Assembly (NCBI GenBank): GCA_010093745.1
Contig: MU005992.1
Span: 124,001 to 170,182 of the forward strand
Direction: 5' to 3'
Length of the DNA: 46,182 bases
Source: Piedraia hortae CBS 480.64
Lineage: Eukaryota
In this document: in pieces, positions 11,580 through 22,117 of the stretch
Position numbering within the stretch: the stretch's first letter is position 1
Layout of the letters: every line of letters begins with the position of its first letter
Notes under the pieces: model-generated
Databases searched by the model: none
Told to the model about the DNA's origin: nothing
The model's input: only the letters and a program-made list of their open reading frames with translations
Translations under genes and position numbers: made by a program

Positions 11580-14390
11580 ATGTCAGGACGGAAAGACTTC
11601 CTCAGCCAGCCCGCGCCGGAGAACTATGTCGCCGGTCTCGGTCGCGGAGCCACGGGCTTCACAACGCGCTCGGATTTAGGCCCCGCGCGGGAGGGACCGA
11701 GCGAGGAACAGATCAAGGAAGTTCTTGCGAAACGCGCTGCCGCACTCGGAGCAGCTGCGCCGACGGCCTATGGGGTTAAGAAGAAGCCTGAGGAAGCGGA
11801 TGACGATCAGTTCGCGGATGCGGAGAATGAAGAGGGGCTTCTAGCCACCGGCAGTTATGATAAGGAAGATGAGGAGGCCGATCAGGTCTACCAGGCTGTT
11901 GATGAGAGGATGGATCGGAGGAGGAAAGGGAGGAGAGAGGAGAGAGAGCGGCTGGAGAGAGAACAGTATGAGAGAGACCACCCAAAGATTCAACAGCAGT
12001 TTGCTGACCTCAAGCGGTCCCTTGGGACGTTGAAGGATGAAGATTGGGCGAATATCCCAGAGGTGGGTGATTTGACGGGTAAGAATAGACGGAGCAAGCA
12101 GAATGAGAAGAAGAGATTCTATGCCGTGCCGGACTCGGTTTTGGTTGGGGCGAGGGACCAGGGACAGTTGTCTACGGAGGTACAGGACGATGGGACAGCG
12201 ACCGAGGCTGGTCGCGAACAAGCAGACGGTACAATGACCAATTTTGCGGATATCGGGAAGGCCAGAAATAGGGCCATGGAGGGACGATTGGATGCTGCTG
12301 CGCAGTTGCAGGCCGCAGGAGGCGACTCGGTGGCGGGGACCAGCACCAACATCGATCCTCGGGGTTATCTTACCAGCCTAGGCAAGAGCGAGGCCAAGGC
12401 AGCAGAGATGCAAGTGCACGATATCAAACGCACTCGGGTACTGTTCGAGTCCATTATCAAAAGCAATCCCCACCACGGTCCCGGCTGGATAGGGGCTGCG
12501 CGATTGGAAGAGTTTGCGGGTAAACCTGGTGCGGCAATGGCAGTCATCCTCCGAGGCGCAGAGCAGTGTCCCAAGGATGAAGACGTCTGGTTAGAAGCCA
12601 TGCGTCTGCACGCCCAACATGGCAACAAACGCAACGCAAAAGTCCTCGCAGCCAAGGCCGTCCAGGCAATTGACAGGAGCGTCAATATCTGGATCGAGGC
12701 TATGAAGCTAGAGGAAAACGTTGCGGCAAGGAAACGAGTGCTGCGCAAAGCCCTCGACCATATCCCGCAGTCGGTGACGCTGTGGAAAGAAGCCGTTAAA
12801 CTCGAAGATGTCGAAAGCGCAAAGTTGATGCTTGCAAAGGCTACTGAAATGATTCCACTGTCAGTCGAGCTCTGGCTGGCTTTGGCTCGACTGGAAACAT
12901 CGGAAAAGGCACAGGTGGTGCTTAACAAAGCTCGCAAAGCGATCCCAACGTCTTATGAGATTTGGATCGCTGCAGCACGTTTGCAGGAGCAGACGGGAGC
13001 TACAGATATGGTGTTCAAGATCATGGCTCGCGCTGTTAATGCCCTCGCCAAAGAGTCTGCAATGCTGAAGCATGAGGAATGGATCGCTCAGGCGGAAATC
13101 TGCGAGGAGGAGGGAGCTGACGTGACGTGTCAGGCTATCATATTTGAGACGCTGGGATGGGGATTGGACGAGAGCGATGACCGTAAGCAAATCTGGCTGC
13201 ATGATGCCAGAGCCAGTATCAATCGAGGCAGGTACAAAACGGCAAAAGCAATGTATGCTCATGCAGCACGCTCTCTACCCGCCGACAGCAGCATCTGGCT
13301 TGCCGCGACAGAGTTGGAGAGACAGCACGGCTCAAAGGAGGCTCTTTGGGCACTGCTTGAGCAAGCAGTTCAGAGTTGTCCAAACTCCGAGGTACTCTGG
13401 CTCCAGCTTGCTCGTGAGAAATGGCAAGGTGGACAGATTGATGAGGCGCGCAAAGTGCTCGGCCTCGCGTTCCAGCAGAACCCGGGCAACGAAGACATTT
13501 GGCTGTCCGCTGTCAAGCTTGAGGCTGACAATGGAGAAGTGGAGAAGGCTCGGGAACTGCTGGCAGAGGCACGTTCTGAGGCGGGAACAGAAAGAATTTG
13601 GATAAAGTCGGTGGCTTTTGAACGACAAATTAAAGACGGATCGGACGAGGCACTGGCACTCGCCAACGAAGGTCTACAGCTGTACCCCAAAGCGGCCAAA
13701 TTGTGGATGATGAAGGGCCAGATCTACGAGGCACGCAACATGCTCCCACAGGCACGCGATGCTTACAGTATGGGTACAACGAAATGTCCCCGAAGCGTGC
13801 CGTTATGGTTACTGGCGAGTCGATTGGAAGAACGAGCTGGAACAGCTATAAAGGCTCGCTCAATCCTTGACCGTGCTCGGTTGGCCGTCAAGCGCAATCC
13901 AGAGCTATGGACAGAGGCCGTCCGGCTCGAGATCCGGAACCAAAAGATTGCAGTGGCGAAACAAAAAATGGCGGTGGCGTTGCAGGAATGTCCGACCTCT
14001 GGACTCCTGTTGAGTGAGCGCATCTGGCAACTAGAGGAACGGACCCAACGTAAGCCGCGAATCCACGAGGCCATCAAGACAGTGGACACGGACCCAATCC
14101 TCTTCGTCACAGCCGCACGCATCTTTTGGGGTGAACGCAAACTGGACAGGGCCGATACCTGGTTCCAAAAGGCCGCCGTGCTGGACCCGGATCAGGGAGA
14201 CACGTGGGCTTGGTGGTACAGGTTTGCTCTACAGCATGGCACAGCAGAAAAGCGAGAGGAATTGATATCCAAATGCGTCGCAAACGAGCCGCGGCATGGA
14301 GAGGTCTGGCAGCGGGTGCGCAAGGCACCGGAGAATTCACATCTCAATACCGAACAGGTGTTGGCCAAGGTGGCTGGAGAGTTGGGATAG
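11580..14390 (+). CDS. PRP6: U5/tri-snRNP splicing factor Prp6 (HAT/TPR repeats)
   Basis: DFLSQPAPENYVAGLGRGATGFTTRSDLGPAR N-terminus, PKIQQQFADLKRSL, many HAT repeats, C-terminal EPRHGEVWQ. Confidence 0.96.
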   Translation: MSGRKDFLSQPAPENYVAGLGRGATGFTTRSDLGPAREGPSEEQIKEVLAKRAAALGAAAPTAYGVKKKPEEADDDQFADAENEEGLLATGSYDKEDEEADQVYQAVDERMDRRRKGRREERERLEREQYERDHPKIQQQFADLKRSLGTLKDEDWANIPEVGDLTGKNRRSKQNEKKRFYAVPDSVLVGARDQGQLSTEVQDDGTATEAGREQADGTMTNFADIGKARNRAMEGRLDAAAQLQAAGGDSVAGTSTNIDPRGYLTSLGKSEAKAAEMQVHDIKRTRVLFESIIKSNPHHGPGWIGAARLEEFAGKPGAAMAVILRGAEQCPKDEDVWLEAMRLHAQHGNKRNAKVLAAKAVQAIDRSVNIWIEAMKLEENVAARKRVLRKALDHIPQSVTLWKEAVKLEDVESAKLMLAKATEMIPLSVELWLALARLETSEKAQVVLNKARKAIPTSYEIWIAAARLQEQTGATDMVFKIMARAVNALAKESAMLKHEEWIAQAEICEEEGADVTCQAIIFETLGWGLDESDDRKQIWLHDARASINRGRYKTAKAMYAHAARSLPADSSIWLAATELERQHGSKEALWALLEQAVQSCPNSEVLWLQLAREKWQGGQIDEARKVLGLAFQQNPGNEDIWLSAVKLEADNGEVEKARELLAEARSEAGTERIWIKSVAFERQIKDGSDEALALANEGLQLYPKAAKLWMMKGQIYEARNMLPQARDAYSMGTTKCPRSVPLWLLASRLEERAGTAIKARSILDRARLAVKRNPELWTEAVRLEIRNQKIAVAKQKMAVALQECPTSGLLLSERIWQLEERTQRKPRIHEAIKTVDTDPILFVTAARIFWGERKLDRADTWFQKAAVLDPDQGDTWAWWYRFALQHGTAEKREELISKCVANEPRHGEVWQRVRKAPENSHLNTEQVLAKVAGELG

Positions 14391-14918
14391 GTGGCTTGAG
14401 TTTTAGCTAGTAAATTCACGGTGATGTGGCTTTAGTTTGTGAACATTCACACTGTGAGTTTAGGGCTGTCAGTTGTCTGCCAGGCACACCGCCGACCGTT
14501 CTGTCATGACCCGCAATAGTGGGGCAATGTGACGTGGCTCCCTCCACGTGCCATTGTGATTCTCGATAAGCTTGTGAGTGTTGCGGCACGCGCCATGACA
14601 GGAACAGCTACTGTGCCACCAGAAACCGGCTCCTGCAGCTGTCATGTCGCGGGCAGGTAACCGCAAATGCAGGTTGTAACAATCAGCAACTGACCAGACG
14701 TCTCCGTAGCATCCCGCGATGACGCATAGGTAGAACTTATCACATCTTTTCACTTTGCCGCAACGTCCGGTGGCCATGTCTTTCTTTGTGCCACGCGCTG
14801 GATGACCGCCAGTCCATGTGACGCGGGCCCGTATTCATCGATTTCGTCACAACGGCTACGCAAAATGACTCAGGCTTCTTATACCCTTCACGCTTCCATC
14901 TGCTCTCCAGCTTTCACA

Positions 14919-16691
14919 ATGTACAACACTGAGCACTCGTCGGACGAAGATTCCCCAAGCAGAAAACTGGATAAACGACATGCCAGCATAAGCTCACTTG
15001 GGACTGCGTTTAAACACTTTCCATACGCCAGATCGCAGGATTCGGGCCGTTCCTGGAGGCGCAAATCCTCCTGCTCCACTGGAAAGGCGCAGGCACCGGG
15101 CATGTGGTCTTGTTTAGGCGTCTCTTGCGGACGTGGCGCCTACATGGCCGCAGAAGAGGCTCAGCCGTCCAAGTTGTTGCTGGAAGTTGAGGAACGACGG
15201 TATGCTAGGCCGAGTATGTTAGGAATGAAGTGCTGATTGTGTAAAGGAAATCATCACATACACCGTCTAGAAGGCAGCTAGCAAGCGTCCTACGACGAGC
15301 TGAGACCAAGGATTCATACAAAGCCGGACGAAGCTGGGCTCGTTCTGTCGATGACCCGTGGTGGCCCTGCATTTTGACACTGGATGGTGGAGGGATTCGA
15401 GGTATGTTCATATAGATCCCCTCTTGAATTTCCGTTAATTGTCATAGGATATAGCAGTCTCTTAATTCTCAGCGAACTGATGCACGAGGTCTGGCTGTGG
15501 GAGCAGCAGCTTGACCGCGAAGAAGGCATCGTGCGGGAAGTGGTGGAAAAAGACCTTCTACCCTGCCACTACTTTGACTTCATGTACGGCACATCCACTG
15601 GCGGTCTGATAGCCACTCTACTAGGCCGTCTGCGCATGACTGTCTCTGAGAGTCTAGAGCTCTACCGCCATGTAGGCAACGACCTCTTCGGCAAGCAACG
15701 ATCCCACATCCCCCTGATGACCAAATATCGCCACCAACCGCTCGAACACGCCGTACAAGAAGTCGTCGCATCACGCTGCCACCACCACACCTCCTGCCGC
15801 GGCACCGACGACCCCTACATGTTCGAGACGGAACGATTCGCCGAAATGATCGTCCAACAAGAACCCCTTAACGTCGACGAACCCCGCGTATGCCAATCCG
15901 CCTGCCTTACCGCAACCCACGACCAAAATATCAACAAAGCCTACCTCCTCCGCTCCTACCCCTTCTTCTACCCCGCCAACGCACCCAACTGGATATCGCG
16001 CTACAACGAAGGCGCAGACCTAATGCCAATGTGGAAAGTCACACGCGCCACGACCGCCGCGCCCTTCTACTTCGAAATGGTCCATGACGAAACGAACGGC
16101 GAGCCCAAAAACTTCAAAGACGGCGGCATCCGCGAAAACAACCCCAGCTGGGCCGCCCTCAGCGAATTTGTAGCAATGTACGTTGACAAAGCCGACGCAC
16201 CGGCCCTCCTCCTAAGCATCGGAACCGGACGACCAGACCAATCCCACGACGGATTCGCGGATTCCTTCCCCGGACCCCTCGGCCGTGCGCCTCTGAGCCG
16301 AAAAGCGCTCGAAAAACTCGCTGTTCTTTCTAATCTAATGATCAAGTACACCGAAGGTGAGCGCCAACATCGCGATATGCGCACCAAAGCCGAAGGCGAA
16401 CATACGTGGTATAAACGCCTTAACGTGGACAGGGGACTGGAACATATGGGGCTAGATGAGTGGAAGAAGGGGGTGTATTGTTCCCGGAAAATCCCTGGGG
16501 GGGAGACGCTGTCGAGGATGGAAGAGGCGACACGCAGGTACCTTGAGAGGGAGTTTGATCCGGATATGGATACCTACGCTCCGCCGAGGGTTATGCTCAA
16601 GCAGGCAGCGGAGAAGATTGTTAGGCAGCGGAGGGGCAGGGAGAGACTTGGAGGGGAGAGATGGAGGGTTTTTTTGGAGGGTTGGGATTGA
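14919..16691 (+). CDS. Patatin-like phospholipase (3 exons: 14919-15199, 15247-15401, 15448-16691)
   Basis: Splicing introns 15200-15246 and 15402-15447 builds ILTLDGGGIRGYSSL (oxyanion loop). Also GTSTG nucleophile elbow, RATTAAPFYF, DGG and LLLSIGTG. The ATG at 14919 was chosen on context; upstream in-frame ATGs exist. Confidence 0.88.
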
Positions 16692-16717
16692 TGTATGGTT
16701 ATTTCATTGGGGAAGGG

Positions 16718-16757
16718 GGTTGGTTGGTTGGTTGGTTGGTTGGTTGGTTGATTGGTT
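16718..16757 (+). repeat. (GGTT)n microsatellite
   Basis: About 8 perfect GGTT units plus a degenerate tail, just 3' of the patatin gene. Confidence 0.9.
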
Positions 16758-17094
16758 GTGATACCCAGGATGTGATTGTTATTTGGGAGGTAATGTTTGT
16801 TGCATATACCCGATAGAATGAGACAAATAAGCTGGATGAGGACGTGATTTTTTCACATTACAACCCCACATGGAAGATGAAAGTTTATTCTGTGCGAAGC
16901 TCTACCTGTATCTCATCCCACGAGGGAAACAGATAAGTAGGTAAGTAGGTATACCTTCCAAGAACCATGACTCGAAAAACACAAACCTTTGATAGATCGC
17001 TCCGAAAAAAAAAAAGAAGATAATACTGATTGTGACTATACTCATATCCTGCTTCTACCCAAACGTCTTCCCCCTAACCTTCAACGGCTTAGCT

Positions 17095-17634
17095 TCAACC
17101 TCCTCCTCCTCCATAACCAACGAAACTTTTCCCATATTTACATTGCAGGGGAAAATCACAACTTCCCCAGCAATCGTTTCTCTTCCTCTGTTGCTTGCCC
17201 CTCCTCCACTGTCCGTGTTGAGCCCACCCTTCATAGTCGAATTCGCTGGCGCAGGCTTTATTTGACGTGCGCCTTTTGCACCGGAGTTTTCCCATTGTGG
17301 TTGTGGGTGAAGATGTGAGTGTGCCGGGGCAGAAGCAGTGGCCGTCGTCGAGAAAACAGCGGGTTGTGCCCAGTCAGTAGACTCGTGTGCAGATGTGGCA
17401 TTGCCAGAGCCAGTCTGCGTGGCGGGCGGGAGGGAGGGGTTTAGATGGGGTTGTGAGGGGGGAGGTTTGGGGGTAAGATGGGGCGGGGTTTTTTGATGGG
17501 TGATTGTGCGCGCGGATGAGGGTGGAGATGGCGATGGGTTCCTCGGGAGTGAAGGAGTATATCGCCAAGGGGGAGGGGGGGGGAAGGGGGGAAATGGGAA
17601 ATACGAAGGGCCTGTGTCTGATAAATGTGGCCAT
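17095..17634 (-). pseudogene. Cys/His-rich (putative zinc-binding) protein gene interrupted by one in-frame TGA at 17374-17376
   Basis: ORFs 17374-17634 and 17095-17295 share a frame. Reading through gives WLWQCHICTRVY*LGTTRCFLDDGHCFC...ACASEFDYEGWAQHGQWRR...DCWGSCDFPLQCKY. Confidence 0.6.
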
Positions 17635-17912
17635 GGTGGTTTAGGTGGTGATATTTTGGTGTTTGAATGGACTTCGACCTCCGGGCCGGGCATTTTATTA
17701 TAACCTCGTCCATGATTTCAAATGATTGACCCTCGTCAAGAACGGAGATTTGTCCTTGCATTGTTATTGTTATTGCGTCGCTGCCAAGATTCGATGGAGG
17801 TTCATAGTGCATTCTTCCATATTTTAGTCGGCGCTTTCTTTGTTGCTGACAGTACATCGACAAAGGCAGCAACACAATCTTCTTTGTTAGGAACCGAGGC
17901 AGCTTCTCAGGT

Positions 17913-20441
17913 TCAGTGGGTAACAATGCGAAGTGCTTGTAGTAGTAATCCAAATACTAGGCCTTTGCTGATGGCTGGTATTTGTAGACAATCAAAGACT
18001 TTGCCCATGGCTTCTCCAGATGCTGCAGCTCCCATGACGCTTTGCAGTGCTAGAGGCATGCCTTTGGTTACTAGCAGTTTCCTAGCATGTATACGGAGCT
18101 CTTCTTTTTGCTCAGCAGTCTTATCCGGATACTGCTTGCTACAAGCTTCACGCTCTTCCGAGGTTGGACAAACGTTGCTGCGTAGTTGGGCGATGCGTGC
18201 GGCTATGCCTTCATCAGAAAGATTTTTATCCAAAAGATCAGTCTGAAGCATGGACATGATTGCCGTAAGCTGGGGGTTGCCGGGACGGAGAAGGTAGTTC
18301 TTGGCTGCAACAAGGAGTGTCCGTCGAATCTGCCAGGCAGAGGACAAAGTGTAGAGTTCCGTGATCATGGCAAACAAAAGCTCCACAACGACGGCTGTTT
18401 CGGAATAGGTCAGGGGTTTCTTCGTCTCATCCTTTGCCACGTGGGCTTCGGTAGTCTCTTCCGACGTGTCAACTCCGTTCATGCCATATGGAAGGTCAAC
18501 TACCGAGGCTGTGCAAGACGGCGTGGCCGCTTCTTTGTCAGATGAGTAGGCATTGTTTGTGCGTACACTTTCACGGCTGATGCGTGGGGCCAATTCATTG
18601 TCCTTGGCAGTGACAATTTCCCTTGGAGGCAAGCTGTCTTTTTGTGGAGAACTCTGAGAGACGCTATCTCTCTGGGAATTACTGTCGTTCTTCTGAGCAG
18701 AACTCTGGGACACGGCTTCGCCCTGACCGTTGTCAATTCTGGTTGGACTGGGCGAGGCGTTCCACGGTGTCCTCGCCAGCAAACCGCCAACACCGCCAAC
18801 GACCTGCTTCGGGGCCTTTGTCAGAACATTCATCATGTCACCGCCAAACTTTCCAAATGCATCTGGAGCAGGCCACCCGAAGCCTTTGTTCCCGTCAGAT
18901 GACGACTTTGGCAGTCCGCGATCTCTCTCGAGGAACCGTTTCATGCCCTCGCTCTCGGCAAGTGGTTGGAAGCGGACTGCATCAGTGAGATAGCGCTCGA
19001 GTTCGGAGCGGAGTGAAGCCTTTGTATGCGTCCTCCACTTGGGCAGTTCTGAATGTGCCTGTGTGAAGTGCGGCACCCCTGCAACGGCTGATATCCTTCG
19101 AAGCACTTCATGGAGTGTCTCAAAGTCTGCATATTTGCGTGCAATCATCCAGCCGGAGAAGTCGGCGTTTGCCGGCTCTATCTGGACAAGGTAGTCGGTA
19201 TTAGGCTTGGCTTTGAGCGACGTCCTTTCACCAGGCGCACTGTCATCAAAAATTGAAATATTTGCATTGTGCAACGTAAGCTGAGCTTTCGGGGTTTGTG
19301 TTACAATCTGGTCAAATGAAGTAAATTGACTCATGGGCGTTTCAGGACGATCTTTTTCCGATGACGCCCGCGTTGACGCTGGTGTGGTAGAGAGAGAGAC
19401 GTCTTCCAACGACGCTCGTTTCTGGTCCTCTTCTAGCATCAGCTGCGTCAGGCGTTGAGCCTCCCGCATGGCCTCATCCATGGCCTCTTCGGCACGGCTC
19501 ATCTGGCCTTTCTTTGGCGCCTTTTCTGGCTGACCCACGCTGGCATCCACAATCTCCATGACCTCTTTGGTCGTCTCGCTCTGCTCAAGTCCATAGACGA
19601 TCCATTCGTTGATAAAGTCCGCTGATGAGCAATGGTCTACCGTGTACTCTAGAACCAAATGTGCGAGAATCTGCTTCAAAAATATACGAACAGGCGGGCA
19701 ATTGTAGGCTTTGGAGTCGAGGTTCGGTTGGATAATACTTTCAGCAGCCTCGTCCAGTTTCCGATTCTGAGATTTCTCATCCAAGAGATACGCCAAGCTA
19801 CTCTCGGGCTTCATTTCAAGGTAGTGGGTAATGGCTTCTTCGGCACTGACATATGGCGAGGCATTGAGGGCGGCAGCTAATTCGTTGAGAACAACGATGA
19901 GCAGACTGCTGGCATTGGTAACAAAGTCAAGGAAGACGTCGGCAGCACGTTTTCTCTTGAGGTGACCGGCGAGGGAGAGCAAGAAGGACACAAGCGTGTT
20001 CTTGCAGGAGGAAGGAAAGGATCTGTCAACCACCAGAGGATCATACCAGTATTTTACGTAGTCCCTTATCACGGCATCGGTGAAACCATCCAAAGCCCTG
20101 CCTGTTTGTGGCTCAAAGGCCGAGAAGGTCAAGTCTGGACTGTTGCTGTCCTCCTCATCTACAGCTTGTTGAGCTTTCCAGTCCAGGATCCGCGTCACAA
20201 CCTGCAGCCCCGACTCTTTCGGCTTCGGGGATAGACCCCTCGAGCCCTCCCACGTCGCATGAAGAACAACCCCGCCGGCAACGCCCATTACAACGAGACC
20301 AACGCGTCCCAGGACGAGATACGTGGCCGCTCCGAGACCGACAAGACATGCGCCGAGCGTTTCGTTGCTGGCCCGTGCAAGGAACTCCATGGCCGAGTCG
20401 ACCAGGCCGTGGCCGTCTGCGTCCGCCTTCGCTTCGTCCAT
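17913..20441 (-). CDS. PXA-PX-Nexin_C domain sorting-nexin-like protein
   Basis: N-terminal transmembrane segment, PXA-like IRDYVKYWY, PX domain (YLVQIEP...WMIARKYADFETLHEVL...LERYL...MKRFLE) and C-terminal ELYTLSSAWQIRRTLL. Confidence 0.82.
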   Translation of the reverse strand: MDEAKADADGHGLVDSAMEFLARASNETLGACLVGLGAATYLVLGRVGLVVMGVAGGVVLHATWEGSRGLSPKPKESGLQVVTRILDWKAQQAVDEEDSNSPDLTFSAFEPQTGRALDGFTDAVIRDYVKYWYDPLVVDRSFPSSCKNTLVSFLLSLAGHLKRKRAADVFLDFVTNASSLLIVVLNELAAALNASPYVSAEEAITHYLEMKPESSLAYLLDEKSQNRKLDEAAESIIQPNLDSKAYNCPPVRIFLKQILAHLVLEYTVDHCSSADFINEWIVYGLEQSETTKEVMEIVDASVGQPEKAPKKGQMSRAEEAMDEAMREAQRLTQLMLEEDQKRASLEDVSLSTTPASTRASSEKDRPETPMSQFTSFDQIVTQTPKAQLTLHNANISIFDDSAPGERTSLKAKPNTDYLVQIEPANADFSGWMIARKYADFETLHEVLRRISAVAGVPHFTQAHSELPKWRTHTKASLRSELERYLTDAVRFQPLAESEGMKRFLERDRGLPKSSSDGNKGFGWPAPDAFGKFGGDMMNVLTKAPKQVVGGVGGLLARTPWNASPSPTRIDNGQGEAVSQSSAQKNDSNSQRDSVSQSSPQKDSLPPREIVTAKDNELAPRISRESVRTNNAYSSDKEAATPSCTASVVDLPYGMNGVDTSEETTEAHVAKDETKKPLTYSETAVVVELLFAMITELYTLSSAWQIRRTLLVAAKNYLLRPGNPQLTAIMSMLQTDLLDKNLSDEGIAARIAQLRSNVCPTSEEREACSKQYPDKTAEQKEELRIHARKLLVTKGMPLALQSVMGAAASGEAMGKVFDCLQIPAISKGLVFGLLLQALRIVTH

Positions 20442-20508
20442 TGTGGTCTACATGAAGCTGCGGAAGAAATTCACATGCCCGCGGTGATGTGACATCAATG
20501 TGACATAT

Positions 20509-20528
20509 CACACACACACACACACACA
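20509..20528 (+). repeat. (CA)10 microsatellite
   Basis: CA dinucleotide run in the 129-bp divergent intergenic region. Confidence 0.9.
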
Positions 20529-20570
20529 TTGAAATTGACACACAAAACACGCTGATATCGAGGTCCCAGA

Positions 20571-21827
20571 ATGGCCTCATCCATGGCCAACACCCCGGCC
20601 GAAAAGCTCGCACTTATCACCAAAAATCTCCAAGAAGTGCTCAACCCCGAGATCATCCAAGCAGTCCTTGAGGAGAACCAGCGGCCAGTCAAGATCTACT
20701 GGGGAACAGCCACCACGGGAAAACCTCACTGCGGATACCTAGTCCCTACGCTGAAAATCGCCGAATTCCTAGCCGCAGGCTGTGAAGTAACCGTCCTCAT
20801 CGCCGACGTCCACGGCTTCCTCGACAACCTCAAGGCTCCCATAGAACTAGTTGAGCAACGCTCCAAATACTACACCTATGTCATCACCGCCCTCCTCAAA
20901 GCCATCGGCGTCGACATCTCCCGTCTAAAATTCAAAACCGGCAGCGACCACCAGACCAAAAACACCGGCTACTTCATGGACTTTCTCCGCCTCTCCACCT
21001 GCGTATCCAGCCACGACGCAAGCCGCGCAGGCAGCGAAGTCGTAAAACAAGTCAAAGCCCCTCCGGTGAGCGCACAAATCTACCCCATCATGCAGAGTCT
21101 CGACGAAGAGTACCTCGGTGTAGACGCCCAATTCGGCGGTCTCGACCAACGCAAGATCTTCACTCTCGCATCCGAAATCCTGCCCCGAATCGGCTACAAA
21201 CGACGCGCTCACCTCATGAATCCCCTCATCCCCGGCCTCCAGGAAGGAGGCAAAATGAGCTCCTCAGACCCGGACTCCAAAATCGACCTTCTCGATTCAG
21301 AGCAAGTCGTGACCAAAAAACTGAAGAAAGCGTTCTGCCCGCCTAAACAAGTCGAAGGAAACGGCGTTCTCGCGTTCGTGCAGTATGCTCTCCTCCCCGC
21401 CTCAGCTCTGAAATCACCAAACGGAATCCCCCACTTTATCGTCAAACGCCGCGATGGAGAGGATCTAGTCTACTCCGACTTCCGGAAAATGAAAGACGAT
21501 TATGAAAATGATATCCTACAGCCCCAGACGCTGAAGCCGGCTGTTACGGAGGCATTGCAGGCTATTCTAGCGCCGATTAGGGAGGCGTTTGCGGAGGACA
21601 AAGAGTGGCAGGAGGTCGAGAGGCTTGCGTACCCTCCCCCGCCGGAGAAGGTGAAGAAGGTTAAGAAGGCGAAGGAGCACGGGCAGAGGCCGGTAGATAA
21701 GGCAAGTAAGGATCGGGTGGCGGCGAAACCGGATGGGAGTCTGGAGGGGGAGGAGAGTAGGGTCAAGGAGGCGAATCTAGGTCAGGTGCCTCGTGAGGCG
21801 GTGGAGAAACTTACCGTTGCCGAGTAG
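20571..21827 (+). CDS. TYS1: Cytosolic tyrosyl-tRNA synthetase
   Basis: YWGTATTGKPHCGY (HIGH-type motif), LDEEYLGVDAQFGGLDQRKIF, KMSSS. Confidence 0.96.
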   Translation: MASSMANTPAEKLALITKNLQEVLNPEIIQAVLEENQRPVKIYWGTATTGKPHCGYLVPTLKIAEFLAAGCEVTVLIADVHGFLDNLKAPIELVEQRSKYYTYVITALLKAIGVDISRLKFKTGSDHQTKNTGYFMDFLRLSTCVSSHDASRAGSEVVKQVKAPPVSAQIYPIMQSLDEEYLGVDAQFGGLDQRKIFTLASEILPRIGYKRRAHLMNPLIPGLQEGGKMSSSDPDSKIDLLDSEQVVTKKLKKAFCPPKQVEGNGVLAFVQYALLPASALKSPNGIPHFIVKRRDGEDLVYSDFRKMKDDYENDILQPQTLKPAVTEALQAILAPIREAFAEDKEWQEVERLAYPPPPEKVKKVKKAKEHGQRPVDKASKDRVAAKPDGSLEGEESRVKEANLGQVPREAVEKLTVAE

Positions 21828-22117
21828 TTGAATTCATGGCTGCTTCTTTGTGCGTAAGTGCTTTCGGTGTCGGGGTTTGTCTTCTAAGCAGATCCGTGTC
21901 AGGTGCGCTGAACTAAGTTGGAAGTGTCTGGCGGGAAAGTCTGTTCAGTGCGCTTTATACGACCGAATATGAATACAACGGATACATCGAACGTGTGAGT
22001 GAACACATGCTCGACGAGGCTGTTCCAATATACTCGATACCCACCATGAGAACCCACTCCCCACCGCCGGACCAAAGCCCCCCTCATATCTACATCGTGC
22101 TCTTCCATCCCCCCCCC

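Noticed and set aside
16718..16757. Telomere-like repeat
   Set aside because: The unit is GGTT, not TTAGGG; it is an ordinary microsatellite.
17055..17693. 212-aa Pro-rich ORF
   Set aside because: It has no recognisable motif. The alternative frame carries the Cys/His/Trp pattern, so this is probably a shadow ORF.
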